DNA from: Xanthobacteraceae bacterium
Lineage (GTDB): Bacteria > Pseudomonadota > Alphaproteobacteria > Rhizobiales > Xanthobacteraceae
Assembly (NCBI GenBank): GCA_036270895.1
Contig: DATBBS010000609.1
Span: forward strand, 1 to 49,365
DNA length: 49,365 nucleotides
Direction of reading: 5' to 3'
Positions 1 through 9,733 of the stretch are shown in pieces. The notes beneath the pieces were generated by a model. That model was given only the letters and a program-made list of their open reading frames with translations, ran no database searches and was not told the origin of the DNA. The number at the start of each line of letters is the position of its first letter. The first letter of the stretch is position 1. Both the position numbers and the translations under genes were made by a program.

Positions 1-288
1 CTCGAAGCCCAGCGCCGCCATCACCTCGACCTGGTCTTGCGCCATGGCGCGGAACGAATAGCCCGCGTGGTCGTCGCCGCCGGGCGGCTTCTCCGAATCG
101 CCGTAGCCGCGCAGGTCGGTCGCCACGACGGTGAAGTCCTGGGCGAGCCGCGGCGCGAATTTCTGCCACGACAAATGCGTGAACGGATTGCCGTGCATGA
201 GCAGCACCGGCGGACCGCTGCCGCCGCGCAGGGTGACGATGCGCGCACCCGAGGTTTTTATCTCGGTGCGGGTGAAGCCTTCCATCAT
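1..288 (-). CDS. alpha/beta-fold hydrolase (haloacetate dehalogenase / epoxide hydrolase-like), N-terminal part; gene runs off the left edge
   Basis: My own minus-strand translation from ATG at 288 gives MMEGFTRTEIKTSGARIVTLRGGSGPPVLLMHGNPFTHLSWQKFAPRLAQDFTVVATDLRGYGDSEKP... The HGNP oxyanion-hole block and the DLRGYGDS block are typical of this family. It is absent from the ORF track because the window edge truncates it. Confidence 0.7.
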   Translation of the reverse strand, partial: MMEGFTRTEIKTSGARIVTLRGGSGPPVLLMHGNPFTHLSWQKFAPRLAQDFTVVATDLRGYGDSEKPPGGDDHAGYSFRAMAQDQVEVMAALGFE

Positions 289-303
289 GGAAATCCCCTC
301 TTC

Positions 304-387
304 GTCATTGCGAGGCGTGCGAAGCACGCCGAAGCAATCCCATTCGGCATATGAGGCGCGAGATTGCTTCGCTACGCTCGCAATGAC
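304..387. repeat. REP-like inverted repeat, family A (GTCATTGCGAG..GAAGCAATC)
   Basis: The left arm gtcattgcgag..gaagcaatc (304-339) and the right arm gattgcttcgctacgctcgcaatgac (362-387) are reverse complements. The same arm recurs at 11905-11930. The repeat lies between the Bug-family gene stop (404) and the hydrolase start (288), all on the minus strand. Confidence 0.8.
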
Positions 388-403
388 AATCGGTCCGCAG
401 TGA

Positions 404-1381
404 TCAATCCGCGGTCGCGCCGCTCGCCTTGATGGGCGCCGCCCACTTCTCGATCTCGCTCTTGACGAAATTGCCGAGATATTCCGGCGTGGCGCGATCG
501 TCAGCCACGATCACGGCGCCCAGGCCTTCCAGACGCTCCTTGACGGCCGGCGTATGCATGGCGCCGAGGGCCGCGTCGTGCAGCTTCTTGACGACCGCGT
601 CGGGCGCGCCCTTGGGCAGGAAGATCGCGTTCCAGGTATAGGCCTCGACATTCGCCAGGCCCTGCTCGACCGCGGTCGGGACGTTCGGGAGCGCGGGCGA
701 GCGCTGCTTGGTCAGGATCGAGATCGCCTTGACGGTGCCGCCGTCGATCTGCGGCTTGGCGGTGCTCACCACCTCGCAGAGGAAATCGATGCGGCCGCCT
801 TGCAGGTCCTGCATCGCGGGACCGGTGCCGCGATAGGGCACGTGCGTGATGTTGGTGCCCATCGCGGTGTTGAGCACCACGCAGCCGAGATGCGTCGCCG
901 AGCCGGTGCCGGCCGAACCGAAGGTGATCTTGTCCTGGTTCTTCTTGGTGTAGTCGACGAATTCCTGGAGGTTGCCGGCCGGAAAGTCCTTGCGCGCGAT
1001 CAGCACGATCGGCACCTCGGCGATCAGCGCCACGGGCGTGAAATCAGTGGCCGCGTTGTAGAGCGGTTTCTTGTAGAGCGACTGGCCCTGGGCATGGGTG
1101 CCCACGGTGCCGAGCGCGATGGTGTAGCCGTCGGGCGCCGATTGGGCGACACGGGCCGAGCCGGTCATGCCGCCGGCCCCGCCGACATTCTCGATCACCA
1201 CCTGCTGACCGAGCAGTTCGCCCATGCGCGCCCCGACGATGCGGCCGAGCACGTCGGTCGGGCCGCCGGCCGCGAAAGGGATGATCATGGTGACGGGCCG
1301 GTTCGGATAATCCTGGGCCGCGGCCGGCCCCGCGACACCCGCGAGCGCGGCCAATGCCATGCCGAACAGCAATTTTTGCAT
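404..1381 (-). CDS. Bug/TctC-family periplasmic substrate-binding protein (tripartite tricarboxylate transporter receptor)
   Basis: Based on ORF 404..1546. I moved the start to ATG 1381, which gives a signal peptide MQKLLFGMALAALAGVAGPAAAQDYP with GGAGAA just upstream. The PFAAGGPTD and GSAGTGSATH blocks are typical of Bug proteins. Confidence 0.85.
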   Translation of the reverse strand: MQKLLFGMALAALAGVAGPAAAQDYPNRPVTMIIPFAAGGPTDVLGRIVGARMGELLGQQVVIENVGGAGGMTGSARVAQSAPDGYTIALGTVGTHAQGQSLYKKPLYNAATDFTPVALIAEVPIVLIARKDFPAGNLQEFVDYTKKNQDKITFGSAGTGSATHLGCVVLNTAMGTNITHVPYRGTGPAMQDLQGGRIDFLCEVVSTAKPQIDGGTVKAISILTKQRSPALPNVPTAVEQGLANVEAYTWNAIFLPKGAPDAVVKKLHDAALGAMHTPAVKERLEGLGAVIVADDRATPEYLGNFVKSEIEKWAAPIKASGATAD

Positions 1382-1505
1382 GAATTTCTCCTGATTTACG
1401 CTTGTGCGCGAACCATTGGGCCATGCCGGGAGGGAGGTCAAGGCGCGGCTTGCCGCGCCCCGGCAAGCCGCGTATGAGCGGTTTGTGCCCACGGAGACCC
1501 CCCGC

Positions 1506-2312
1506 ATGTCCACGACCCGCGTCGCCATCGCCGGCCTCGGCGCCATCGGTCGCGCGCTGGCGCGTGGGCTCGCCCAAGGCGTGCCGGGCGCGACCCTCGC
1601 CTGTGCGGCCGCGCGCGACCGGGCGAAGGCGCAGGCCTGGCTCGATGAGCAGCGGATTGTCTGCCCGCTGGTCGAGCTCGACGAATTCCCGCGCTATGCC
1701 GATATGGCGGTCGAATGCGCGCCGGCCGACGCGCTCGAGGACATCTGCCGGCCGATGCTGCAGGCCGGCAAGCGCGTCATGGTGCTGAGCGCGGGTGCGC
1801 TCCTGCCGCGGCCGCATCTGATCGAGCTCGCCAAGGCCAATGGCGGACAGATCGTGGTGCCGACCGGCGCCCTGCTCGGGCTCGACGCGGTGTCGGCGGC
1901 CGCGGAGGGGACCATTCATTCGGTGCGCATGATCACGCGCAAGCCGCCCGGCGGTCTCGTCGGCGCGCCCTACCTGGTGAAGCACAACATCTCGCTCGAG
2001 GGTCTCAATACGGCCAAATGCGTCTTCAGCGGCTCGGCCCGCGAGGCGGCGGCCGGTTTTCCCGCCAACGTGAACGTGGTCGCGGCGCTCTCACTCGCCG
2101 GCATCGGGCCGGATCGCACCACCATCGAGATCTGGGCGGATCCGGCGGTCACCCGCAATTGCCACAGCATCGAGGTCGATGCGGATTCCGCCCGCTTCTC
2201 GCTCGCGATCGAGAATATCCCGTCGGAAAATCCGAAGACCGGCAAGATCACGGCGCTCTCCGCGCTCGCGGCGTTGCGCAAGCTCAACGCGCCGCTGCGG
2301 GTCGGCACCTGA
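1506..2312 (+). CDS. nadX: L-aspartate dehydrogenase (NadX family, DUF108)
   Basis: Based on ORF 1404..2312. I set the start at ATG 1506 (MSTTRVAIAGLGAIGRALA, a Rossmann GxGxxG motif). The blocks VPTGALLGLDAV and NVNVVAALSLAGIGPDRTTIEIWADP..NCHSIEV match the aspartate dehydrogenase family. Confidence 0.75.
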   Translation: MSTTRVAIAGLGAIGRALARGLAQGVPGATLACAAARDRAKAQAWLDEQRIVCPLVELDEFPRYADMAVECAPADALEDICRPMLQAGKRVMVLSAGALLPRPHLIELAKANGGQIVVPTGALLGLDAVSAAAEGTIHSVRMITRKPPGGLVGAPYLVKHNISLEGLNTAKCVFSGSAREAAAGFPANVNVVAALSLAGIGPDRTTIEIWADPAVTRNCHSIEVDADSARFSLAIENIPSENPKTGKITALSALAALRKLNAPLRVGT

Positions 2313-2324
2313 GCGGTCGCGTCG

Positions 2325-3152
2325 TCAAGGTGCGGGCTGGTTGACCGCGAGCGTGGGCAGAACATTCATGTCCATGGTGAGCTTCACGCCCACGCTCACG
2401 AGCACGGCCGCCAGAATATAGCGCAACGCGACATCGGGAACGCGCGCCGACACGACGCTGCCGGCGAAAATGCCGGGGAGCGAGCCGGCCAGCAGGGATA
2501 CCAGCGTGTGGACGTCGATTGCGCCCACGAGGCCGTGGCCGAGCCCCGCGATCAGCGTCAGCGGGACCGCATGCGCGATGTCGGAGCCGACGATGCGCAC
2601 GGTCGCAACCTGCGGATAAAGCAGGACCAGCGCCACCACGCCGATCGCGCCCGCGCCGACCGAGGAGAAGGTCACGAAAATTCCGAGCAACGCACCGGTC
2701 GCAATCGTCAGCGTCGCGATCTTCCGATCGTCGAGACCGGAGAGGCGGTGAGCATAGAGCGCCGAAATACGGTTGCGCGCGATCAGCGCCGCGGCCGTCA
2801 CGAACAGCGCCACGGCGAGAAATCCCGTGATGATGTGACCCGCCCCGCCGGGGGTTTTCAGCAGCCATGACAGCACCGCAAGTGCGAGCAGCGTCGCCGG
2901 GATGCTGCCGGCCGCTAGCCGCCGCACGATCCGCCAGTCGATCGTCCGGTTGACGCCGTGCACCAGGCTGCCGACCGTCTTGGTGGCGGCCGCAAACAGG
3001 AGGTCCGTCCCTACCGCCGTGGCGGGCGATACGCCGAACAGCACGATCAGGATCGGGGTCATGAGCGATCCCCCGCCCACCCCGGTCACGCCGACGAGCG
3101 CGCCGACCAGGAATCCGGCGACCGCATATTGCGGGTCGATCAGCCACGACAT
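2325..3152 (-). CDS. TauE/SafE-family sulfite/anion exporter (multi-pass membrane protein)
   Basis: Based on ORF 2325..3215, with the start at ATG 3152 (MSWLIDPQYAVAGFLVGALVGVTGVGGGSLMTPIL). The protein is very hydrophobic with a duplicated GxGGG-type repeat. Confidence 0.75.
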   Translation of the reverse strand: MSWLIDPQYAVAGFLVGALVGVTGVGGGSLMTPILIVLFGVSPATAVGTDLLFAAATKTVGSLVHGVNRTIDWRIVRRLAAGSIPATLLALAVLSWLLKTPGGAGHIITGFLAVALFVTAAALIARNRISALYAHRLSGLDDRKIATLTIATGALLGIFVTFSSVGAGAIGVVALVLLYPQVATVRIVGSDIAHAVPLTLIAGLGHGLVGAIDVHTLVSLLAGSLPGIFAGSVVSARVPDVALRYILAAVLVSVGVKLTMDMNVLPTLAVNQPAP

Positions 3153-3511
3153 CGGCCTTTGGTCCTCTGCTTGCTCAGGATATCTTCGGCAGGGTAGGTG
3201 GGCCACACAAGCCAAGCCGGCTCATGGCCTCCATGAATTGATTTTTCGGGAACCGATGGACGTGTCGCGCGTTGCCAACCCCTCCCGGCGCGCGCGCATC
3301 CCACGTTTGGGCTGCGACGCCGGGATAATTGGCGATTTTGTTCTCGCGAGGGCGGCGGCCTCGACCTTACCATCCTCCGGCGGACGCGCAGCCGCCGACG
3401 CGGGCGGAATGCCGCACAGCGTCGCGCGATGAGGCGAGGAGGGTCCTGCGGGCGGTGATTCGAAACGTCGCGACGCCCGCTACCGCGGGTGCGCGCCCGG
3501 TGGGCGCGGCC

Positions 3512-4078
3512 TCAATCCTTCGCCCGCTCCACGTAGGAGCCGTCCGCCGTCATCACGACGATCCGCGTTCCGGTCACGATATGGGGCGGCACGTTGGTGC
3601 GCACGCCGTTCGACAGCAGCGCCGGCTTGTAGGACGAGGCGGCGGTCTGGCCCTTCGTGGCCGGCTGGGTCTCCACCACTTCCAGGGTCGTCTTTTGCGG
3701 AAGGTTGATCGAGACCGGCAGGCCTTCATGGATCGCCAGCATGACCTTCATCTCGGGCTCGAGATAGACCGCCTGATCGCCGACGAGGTCCGCCGGCAAC
3801 GTCACCTGGTCGTAGTTCTCCATGTTCATGAAATGCAGGCCGTCGCCGTCCTGGTAGAGGAACTGGAACTCGTGGTCTTCCACATGGGCGCGCTCGACCT
3901 GCTCGGTGGTCTTGTAGCGCTGGGCGGTCTTTACGCCGTCGCTGATCCGGCGCATGTCGACCTGGGTGGTCGGCGTGCCCTTGCCGGGATGAAAGCTTTC
4001 CGCATTCAGAACGACATAGAGTTTGCCGTCGATGTCGACGATATTGCCCTTGCGGAGCGAGCTGGCGATGACTTTCAC
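3512..4078 (-). CDS. efp: translation elongation factor P
   Basis: This is the C-terminal 188 codons of ORF 3512..4813. The start is GTG at 4078 with AAGGAA 7 nt upstream. The sequence is [40 protein letters not shown]...SYVERAKD, with a conserved PGKG loop carrying a Lys at the tip. Confidence 0.95.
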   Translation of the reverse strand: MKVIASSLRKGNIVDIDGKLYVVLNAESFHPGKGTPTTQVDMRRISDGVKTAQRYKTTEQVERAHVEDHEFQFLYQDGDGLHFMNMENYDQVTLPADLVGDQAVYLEPEMKVMLAIHEGLPVSINLPQKTTLEVVETQPATKGQTAASSYKPALLSNGVRTNVPPHIVTGTRIVVMTADGSYVERAKD

Positions 4079-4228
4079 GGGATGTTCCTTGATTGAAAAG
4101 CGGCCAGGCGCCCTTCGCCACGGCTGCGCGAGGGACCTGCGGGCCTCATTCGTGGCGGGAACATACTGATTATGCGCCGTTTTGCCAGTATTTTTCGCAA
4201 CCCCCCCGGCCGGCCACGAAAGCCCTGA

Positions 4229-5302
4229 ATGCCGGCCGACACGCCCTGGTGGGCGCCCCATGTCCATGCCGACCGCCGCCCCTTCCTCATGGGGCGCGCC
4301 CGCATCATGGCGGCGCTGCGGGCCTTTTTCGCGGCGCGCGACTTCATCGAGGTCGAGGCCGCCATCCTGCAGGTCTCGCCCGGAAACGAGGCCCATCTCC
4401 ATGCCTTCGCGACCGAGCTGGTGACGCCGGCCGCGCAGCATGCGCGCCTCTATCTCCATACGTCGCCCGAATTCGCCGCCAAGAAGCTGCTCGCGGCCGG
4501 CGAGCGCCGGATCTTCGAGTTCGCCCGCGTGTTTCGCAACCGCGAGCGCGGCGCGTTGCACCATCCCGAATTCACCCTGCTGGAATGGTACCGCGCAGAC
4601 GAGCCCTACGAGGCGGTGATGGATGACTGTGCGGCGCTGCTCGCCATTGCGGCGCGCGCGGCCGGGACCGAGCGGATCGCGTTTCGCGGGCGAACCGCCG
4701 ACCCGTTCGCAGCCCCGGAGCGCCTCACGGTGGCGGACGCCTTTTTGCGCTTCGCCGGCATCGATCTTCTCGCCACGCTCCGCGCCGCGGAAGACGCCCG
4801 CGAAGCCCCCCATGAGGGCGATCGCGACGCGCTCGCCGCGCAGGCGGCGGCGGCGGGCGTGCGCTGCACCGAGGACGACGGCTGGAGCGATATTTTCAGC
4901 CGCGTGTTGGTCGAGCGGATCGAGCCCAATCTGGGAATCGGCCGCGCCACCATCCTCGACGAATATCCCGCTGTCGAGGCCGCGCTGGCGCGCCCGAAAG
5001 CAGGCGATCCGCGCGTCGCCGAGCGCTTCGAGCTCTATGTCTGCGGAGTCGAGATCGCCAATGCGTTCGGCGAATTGACCGATGCGGCCGAGCAGCGCCG
5101 GCGCTTTGACGCCGAGATGGCCGAAAAGCAGCGCCGCTACGGCGAGCGCTATCCGGTCGACGAGGATTTCCTGGCCGCGCTCGGCCGCATGCCGCCCGCT
5201 TGCGGCAGCGCGCTCGGCTTCGACCGTCTGGTCATGCTGGTCACCGGCGCGAGCCGGATCGAGCAGGTGATCTGGACTCCGGTGGCGCTTCCGCCCGAAT
5301 AG
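4229..5302 (+). CDS. epmA: EF-P (R)-beta-lysine ligase, class II LysRS paralogue (EpmA/GenX/PoxA)
   Basis: 357 aa. It shows class II aaRS core motifs ([62 protein letters not shown]) and lacks an anticodon-binding domain. It is divergent from efp. Confidence 0.85.
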   Translation: MPADTPWWAPHVHADRRPFLMGRARIMAALRAFFAARDFIEVEAAILQVSPGNEAHLHAFATELVTPAAQHARLYLHTSPEFAAKKLLAAGERRIFEFARVFRNRERGALHHPEFTLLEWYRADEPYEAVMDDCAALLAIAARAAGTERIAFRGRTADPFAAPERLTVADAFLRFAGIDLLATLRAAEDAREAPHEGDRDALAAQAAAAGVRCTEDDGWSDIFSRVLVERIEPNLGIGRATILDEYPAVEAALARPKAGDPRVAERFELYVCGVEIANAFGELTDAAEQRRRFDAEMAEKQRRYGERYPVDEDFLAALGRMPPACGSALGFDRLVMLVTGASRIEQVIWTPVALPPE

Positions 5303-5305
5303 CAG

Positions 5306-5935
5306 TCACCGCCGCAGCACCACGCTCTCGGCCGGCCGGCGTCGCTCCCATCCGGCGCGTTCGAGCTCGGGCTGGACATGCGTCTCTTCGGGAAAGCCGA
5401 GACAGAAATAGCCGATGAACCGCCAGGCCTCCGGCACCTCCAGGATCGCCTTGACGCGCGCGGGATCGAGAATGGAAACCCAGCCCATCCCGATGCCCTC
5501 GGCACGCGCCGCCAGCCACATCGCGGTCACGGCGCTGACCACCGAATACTCGGCCATTTCCGGCATGGTATGCCGCCCGAGCCCATGGCCGGTCTCGGTG
5601 TCGCGGTCGGCGAAGACGGCGAGCTGTCCGGGCGCCTCGCCAAGCCCGGCGAGCTTCAGGCGCGCGTAGCGCGCCGCCTGCTCGCCGCCCTGGGCGGCGA
5701 GCGCCGCCGCATTGCAGGCCGTGAAGTCGTCGCGCACGGCCCGGCGGCGATCCGGGCTCTCCACGATCACGAACCGCCAAGGCTGGCTCAGCCCCACGGA
5801 GGGCGCCAGGCAGGCGAGCGCGATCAGCCGGTCCAGCGTGCCCGGCGGCAGCGGCTCGGCCCGGAAGCGCCGGACGTCCCGGCGCCAGGTCATGAGGTCG
5901 TGCAGCCGGGCGCGAAAGTCGTCGTCGAAATCCAT
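5306..5935 (-). CDS. bluB: 5,6-dimethylbenzimidazole synthase (BluB, nitroreductase fold)
   Basis: Based on ORF 5306..6004, with the start at ATG 5935. The blocks RRDVRRF, APSVGLSQPWRFV, ARYARLKLAGLGEAP, MAEYSVVSAVTAMWLAARAEGIGMGWVSI and CLGFPEE..PELERAGWERR align closely with my recollection of Sinorhizobium BluB. Confidence 0.75.
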   Translation of the reverse strand: MDFDDDFRARLHDLMTWRRDVRRFRAEPLPPGTLDRLIALACLAPSVGLSQPWRFVIVESPDRRRAVRDDFTACNAAALAAQGGEQAARYARLKLAGLGEAPGQLAVFADRDTETGHGLGRHTMPEMAEYSVVSAVTAMWLAARAEGIGMGWVSILDPARVKAILEVPEAWRFIGYFCLGFPEETHVQPELERAGWERRRPAESVVLRR

Positions 5936-6042
5936 GCGCCCTTCATAACGCCGGGCGGGGCCGGGGACCACGCTTGTCAGGCGGCGGGTTGCGTCACCCG
6001 GCAAATTGCGGTTTGGTCCCCGCTTCCCGAACCCGAGAAAAG

Positions 6043-7113
6043 ATGGCCATGCGATCCGCCGCCAGGACTTTGCGTCATCCCACCGAGCTGGCCGCCGCCG
6101 GGCTGGCGCCGCCCGAGCGTTTGGGCGAGCTCGCCGCCGTCGCGTCCAAATACGCGATCGCCATCAGCCCCGCGATCGCGGAGCTGATCGATCCATCCGA
6201 TCCGCATGATCCGATCGCCCGCCAATTCGTGCCCGACGCGGCCGAGCTGCGCGTCACCGCCGAGGAGCGTGCCGATCCGATCGGCGACGATGCGATGAGC
6301 CCGGTCGCCGGCATCGTGCATCGCTATCCCGACCGGGTTCTGTTGAAGCTGGTGCATGTGTGCCCGGTCTACTGCCGGTTCTGCTTCCGGCGGGAAGTGG
6401 TCGGTCCGCGCGGGCGGCCCGCGCTGTCGGCCGCCGAGCTTGCGGGAGCGCTGGCCTATATCGCGGCGCGTCCGGAGATCTGGGAGGTCATCCTGACCGG
6501 CGGCGATCCGCTGGTCTTGTCGGCGCGCCGGTTGCGCGGCGTCGTGCGGGATCTTGCGTCGATCGACCACGTCAAGATCATCCGCGTGCACACGCGCGTT
6601 CCGGTCGCGACGCCCGAGCGGGTGACGCGCGAGGTCGTGCGCGCCCTCAAAGCGCGCCACAAGGCGAGCTACGTGGTGCTGCACGTCAATCACCCGCGCG
6701 AGCTCACGCCGGCCGCGCGCGCCGCCTGCGCGCGTTTTGTCGATGCCGGCATTCCGATGCTGAGCCAATCGGTTCTGCTCAAAGGCGTCAACGACGATGC
6801 GGCAACGCTGGGAGCGCTCATGCGCGCGCTGGTCGAGAGCCGGATCAAGCCCTATTACCTGCACCAGGGCGACCTCGCGCCCGGCACCGCGCATCTGCGC
6901 ACGAGCATCGCCGAGGGACAGGGCGTCATGCGGGCGCTGCGCGGGCGCTATTCGGGCCTGTGCCAGCCGACCTACGTGCTCGACATCCCGGGCGGCGCCG
7001 GCAAGGTGCCGGTCGGACCGACCTACATATCGGCGTGCGGTGGAGGCGATCCGTCCTACGAGGTGCTGGATCCGGCGGGCCGGCGGCACGCCTATCCCGC
7101 CACCCCCCGATGA
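6043..7113 (+). CDS. epmB: lysine 2,3-aminomutase-like radical-SAM enzyme (EF-P beta-lysylation, EpmB/KamA family)
   Basis: Based on ORF 5974..7113, with the start at ATG 6043. It carries the radical-SAM cluster CPVYCRFCFRR, followed by EVILTGGDPL and PYYLHQGD blocks typical of KamA/EpmB. Confidence 0.85.
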   Translation: MAMRSAARTLRHPTELAAAGLAPPERLGELAAVASKYAIAISPAIAELIDPSDPHDPIARQFVPDAAELRVTAEERADPIGDDAMSPVAGIVHRYPDRVLLKLVHVCPVYCRFCFRREVVGPRGRPALSAAELAGALAYIAARPEIWEVILTGGDPLVLSARRLRGVVRDLASIDHVKIIRVHTRVPVATPERVTREVVRALKARHKASYVVLHVNHPRELTPAARAACARFVDAGIPMLSQSVLLKGVNDDAATLGALMRALVESRIKPYYLHQGDLAPGTAHLRTSIAEGQGVMRALRGRYSGLCQPTYVLDIPGGAGKVPVGPTYISACGGGDPSYEVLDPAGRRHAYPATPR

Positions 7114-7126
7114 GGCCGGCGGGACC

Positions 7127-7852
7127 TCAATGCGCCTTGCTGTCGGCCGGCTCGTTCGGCGGAGCCAGGCGATACCCGACGCCGAGCTCGGTCAGCAGGA
7201 TGCGCGGGCGGTTCGGATCGGCCTCGATCTTCTGACGCAGCTTGCGCACGACGATGCGCAGGTAATGCGTGTCGTTGATGTGGGGCAGGCCCCAGATCTC
7301 CTTCAGCAATTCCTGGTGGGTGAGCACGTTGCCGGGGTGCTGGGCGAGGACTTGCAGCAGACGATATTCCTTCGGCGTCAGCGTCAGGCGCTCCTCGTCG
7401 ACGAAGACGTTGCGGGCCGCGAGATCGATCTTCAGACGATCGATCCTGATGACGCTGTCGCCCGTCATGGCGCGCGTCTTGCGCCTAAGCACGACCTTGG
7501 ACCGCGCCAGCAGCTCGGCCATGCCGAATGGCTTGGTGACGTAGTCGTCGGCGCCGAGCTCGAACAGGCGCACCTTCTCGGCCTCGCTCGACTTCACCGA
7601 CAGGATGATGATGGGAACGCTCGACCATGAGCGGATGCGCTCGAGCACCTGCGATCCGTCGAGATCCGGCAACGCGAGATCGAGGATGATGAGATCGGTC
7701 GGCCGCAGGGTGGCGGCGCGGATCGCCTCGCGGCCGTTTTCCGCCTCGCTGACCGAATAGCCGTCGAACTCGAACCCGCTGCGCAGGAAGCGGCGGATCT
7801 GCAGCTCGTCGTCCACGACGAGCACGTTGGGGGCAGTGGCGGTGTCAATCAC
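7127..7852 (-). CDS. OmpR-family response regulator, KdpE-like
   Basis: The start is GTG at 7852. It has a REC domain (VLVVDDE..ILDLALPDLDG..KPF) and a winged-helix output (LTPKEYRLLQVLAQH..THYLRIVVRKLRQKIE..GVGYRL). Its start overlaps the upstream kinase stop by 8 nt. Confidence 0.85.
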   Translation of the reverse strand: MIDTATAPNVLVVDDELQIRRFLRSGFEFDGYSVSEAENGREAIRAATLRPTDLIILDLALPDLDGSQVLERIRSWSSVPIIILSVKSSEAEKVRLFELGADDYVTKPFGMAELLARSKVVLRRKTRAMTGDSVIRIDRLKIDLAARNVFVDEERLTLTPKEYRLLQVLAQHPGNVLTHQELLKEIWGLPHINDTHYLRIVVRKLRQKIEADPNRPRILLTELGVGYRLAPPNEPADSKAH

Positions 7853-9419
7853 TCGAGATGCTCTCCAGTTGTTCGGCGTTGGCCGGTATCGGCAAACGGA
7901 TGGTCACCGTCGTCCCCTTGTCCTCACCCGAGCTGTCGGCCTCGATCGTCCCCCCGTTGGCGGCGACAAACGCATTGGCGATCCAGAATCCGAGTCCGGA
8001 GCCCGGCGTCGACGATACATGCCGGCGGCCGCGAAAAAATCGCTCGCCCAGATGCGCGGTGTCCTCCGGCGACAGGCCGGCGCCCTGGTCGCTCACCGAA
8101 AGCGCGAACACGCCGCCCTCCTGCCATCCGCGAATCTTGATCCGCGAGCCGGGCGGAGAATATTTGACGGCATTGGCCAGGATTTGGCCCAACGCCTTCT
8201 CGATCAGCACCGCGTCGACCTGGACGAGCGGCATCTTGGCCGGCAGATCGACGTCGATCGCGTGCGCCGCGCCGGGGCCGCGACGGCGCTCCAGCGCCGT
8301 GTTGACGACATCGGCCACCTCGGCCCATTCGAGCTTCGGATGCAAGGCTTCGCCGCTGATACGGGTGGCGTCGAGCAGGTTCTGAATTTCGTTGTTGAGC
8401 CGTTCCGATTCGTCGTGAACCACGTTCGCGAGCGCCACGAGGCGCGGGTCGCCGGCGACCGCCGGCGCGTTGCGCAGCACGGTGGCGGCGCCGAGAATGG
8501 AAGACAGGGGCGTGCGCAACTCATGCGACACCGAGCCGATCAGCGCGTCACGGAATCGTTCCGACTCCGCGCGCATCCGCACCTCCGTGATGGCGTGCGC
8601 GAGCCCGAGCTGCTCCAGGGTCGATGCCGCGTCGTGCAGCACCGCCTCGATGCGGGCGCGGATCTCCTCTTCCGACTCGGGGGTCTGCCGTCCGAGATCG
8701 ATGGCGATCACGCCGAGATCGGGAGCCTTGCGCGACACGGCGCGCACCAGCCAGAGATTGCCTTGATGGTCCGCGATCGGCATGCCGGCGGTGGCATGCC
8801 CGGCGAGGACCGCAGTCACCTCAGCGCGGACGTTTTGCGGAACGTCGCTTTCGCCGATCGGTTCCGGCTTGCCCTCGGCCGGACGGCGCGGCTCGAACAG
8901 CGCGACCCTGCGCCCGACGACGGTCGAGAGATGCCGCTGGATCGCGTCGAAGATTTCCGAGGTCGAGTGGCCTGCGGCCAGCCGGCGCGAAAAGGCGTAG
9001 AGGTCGTTGATCTCCTTTTCGCGCTTCAGGACCACTTCCGATTCGCGGCGCATGCGCACGGCGAGATGCGCCGCCACCACAGCGACGATCGCGAAGATCA
9101 TCAGGCTGAGCCGCCGGGCGGGATCTTCCACGAATATCGTATGCGTCGGCTTGTAGAAGAAGAACGCCGAGCAAAAGCCGCCCGCAATCGTGGTGACCAT
9201 CGCGGACAGATAGCCCCAGCGGATCGCCGCGATCAGGACCGGAATGAGGTAGGTGATCGCGATCGGCGGCAGCTCGATGAAGGTCTTGACCACCTCCAGG
9301 ATAAGCGTGACCGCGGCGACGAGACCCAGTCCCGCCAGGACGCCGCCGGCTCCGCCGGGGGTTGCGGCGGACCGCATCCGCTGGAGCGTTCGTTCCATGA
9401 TCAATTGCATTCGCTGCAT
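7845..9419 (-). CDS. sensor histidine kinase with DUF4118-type membrane domain (KdpD C-terminal-half architecture)
   Basis: Based on ORF 7845..9638. It has a four-helix membrane block (ITYLIPVLIAAIRWGYLSAMVTTIAGGFCSAFFFY), the H-box SHELRTPLSSILG and an HATPase block (GSGLGFWI). The start is uncertain, with ATGs at 9419, 9410 and 9398. The KdpD N-terminal and Usp domains are absent. Confidence 0.8.
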   Translation of the reverse strand: MQRMQLIMERTLQRMRSAATPGGAGGVLAGLGLVAAVTLILEVVKTFIELPPIAITYLIPVLIAAIRWGYLSAMVTTIAGGFCSAFFFYKPTHTIFVEDPARRLSLMIFAIVAVVAAHLAVRMRRESEVVLKREKEINDLYAFSRRLAAGHSTSEIFDAIQRHLSTVVGRRVALFEPRRPAEGKPEPIGESDVPQNVRAEVTAVLAGHATAGMPIADHQGNLWLVRAVSRKAPDLGVIAIDLGRQTPESEEEIRARIEAVLHDAASTLEQLGLAHAITEVRMRAESERFRDALIGSVSHELRTPLSSILGAATVLRNAPAVAGDPRLVALANVVHDESERLNNEIQNLLDATRISGEALHPKLEWAEVADVVNTALERRRGPGAAHAIDVDLPAKMPLVQVDAVLIEKALGQILANAVKYSPPGSRIKIRGWQEGGVFALSVSDQGAGLSPEDTAHLGERFFRGRRHVSSTPGSGLGFWIANAFVAANGGTIEADSSGEDKGTTVTIRLPIPANAEQLESISSD

Positions 9420-9733
9420 CGGCGCGATCGAGCCCGGTCGGAAGCTGGTGACGGCTCTTAGGTACAACTTCCACGCCGAGCGGAGCAATCGGCTATTTGC
9501 AGGGCAGCTCATCGGACGGCTGAGGGATACCGGCCGCCTGGAGTCCCGTGACGCCTGCGGGGAAGGTTTTTTGGTGACGCCGCCCCGGCATGGGGTGGCG
9601 AATCCTTCAAGTCCGGCCGTGATCCGGGAAAATCGCACGCTGGCGGCGCGTCAGGGGAAATCGGCAGGGGCCCGGAACAGTGTTTGGCGGTGAGGCGCGA
9701 GAGGACGCCATGACGGCGCCGCCGGTCCTGAGC

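Noticed and set aside
404-1546. N-terminal extensions of many track ORFs. Examples are 404..1546, 1404..2312, 2325..3215, 3512..4813, 5306..6004, 13654..14601, 36087..37262 and 43896..45263.
   Set aside because: The extensions lack family similarity. They precede obvious signal peptides or conserved N-termini, and better start codons with Shine-Dalgarno-like sequences exist internally. The efp ORF extension alone would add 245 spurious residues.
5936-6042. Possible cobalamin riboswitch upstream of bluB
   Set aside because: Only 107 nt separate bluB from the divergent epmB. That is too short for a cobalamin aptamer plus expression platform, and I could not see a B12-box-like sequence.
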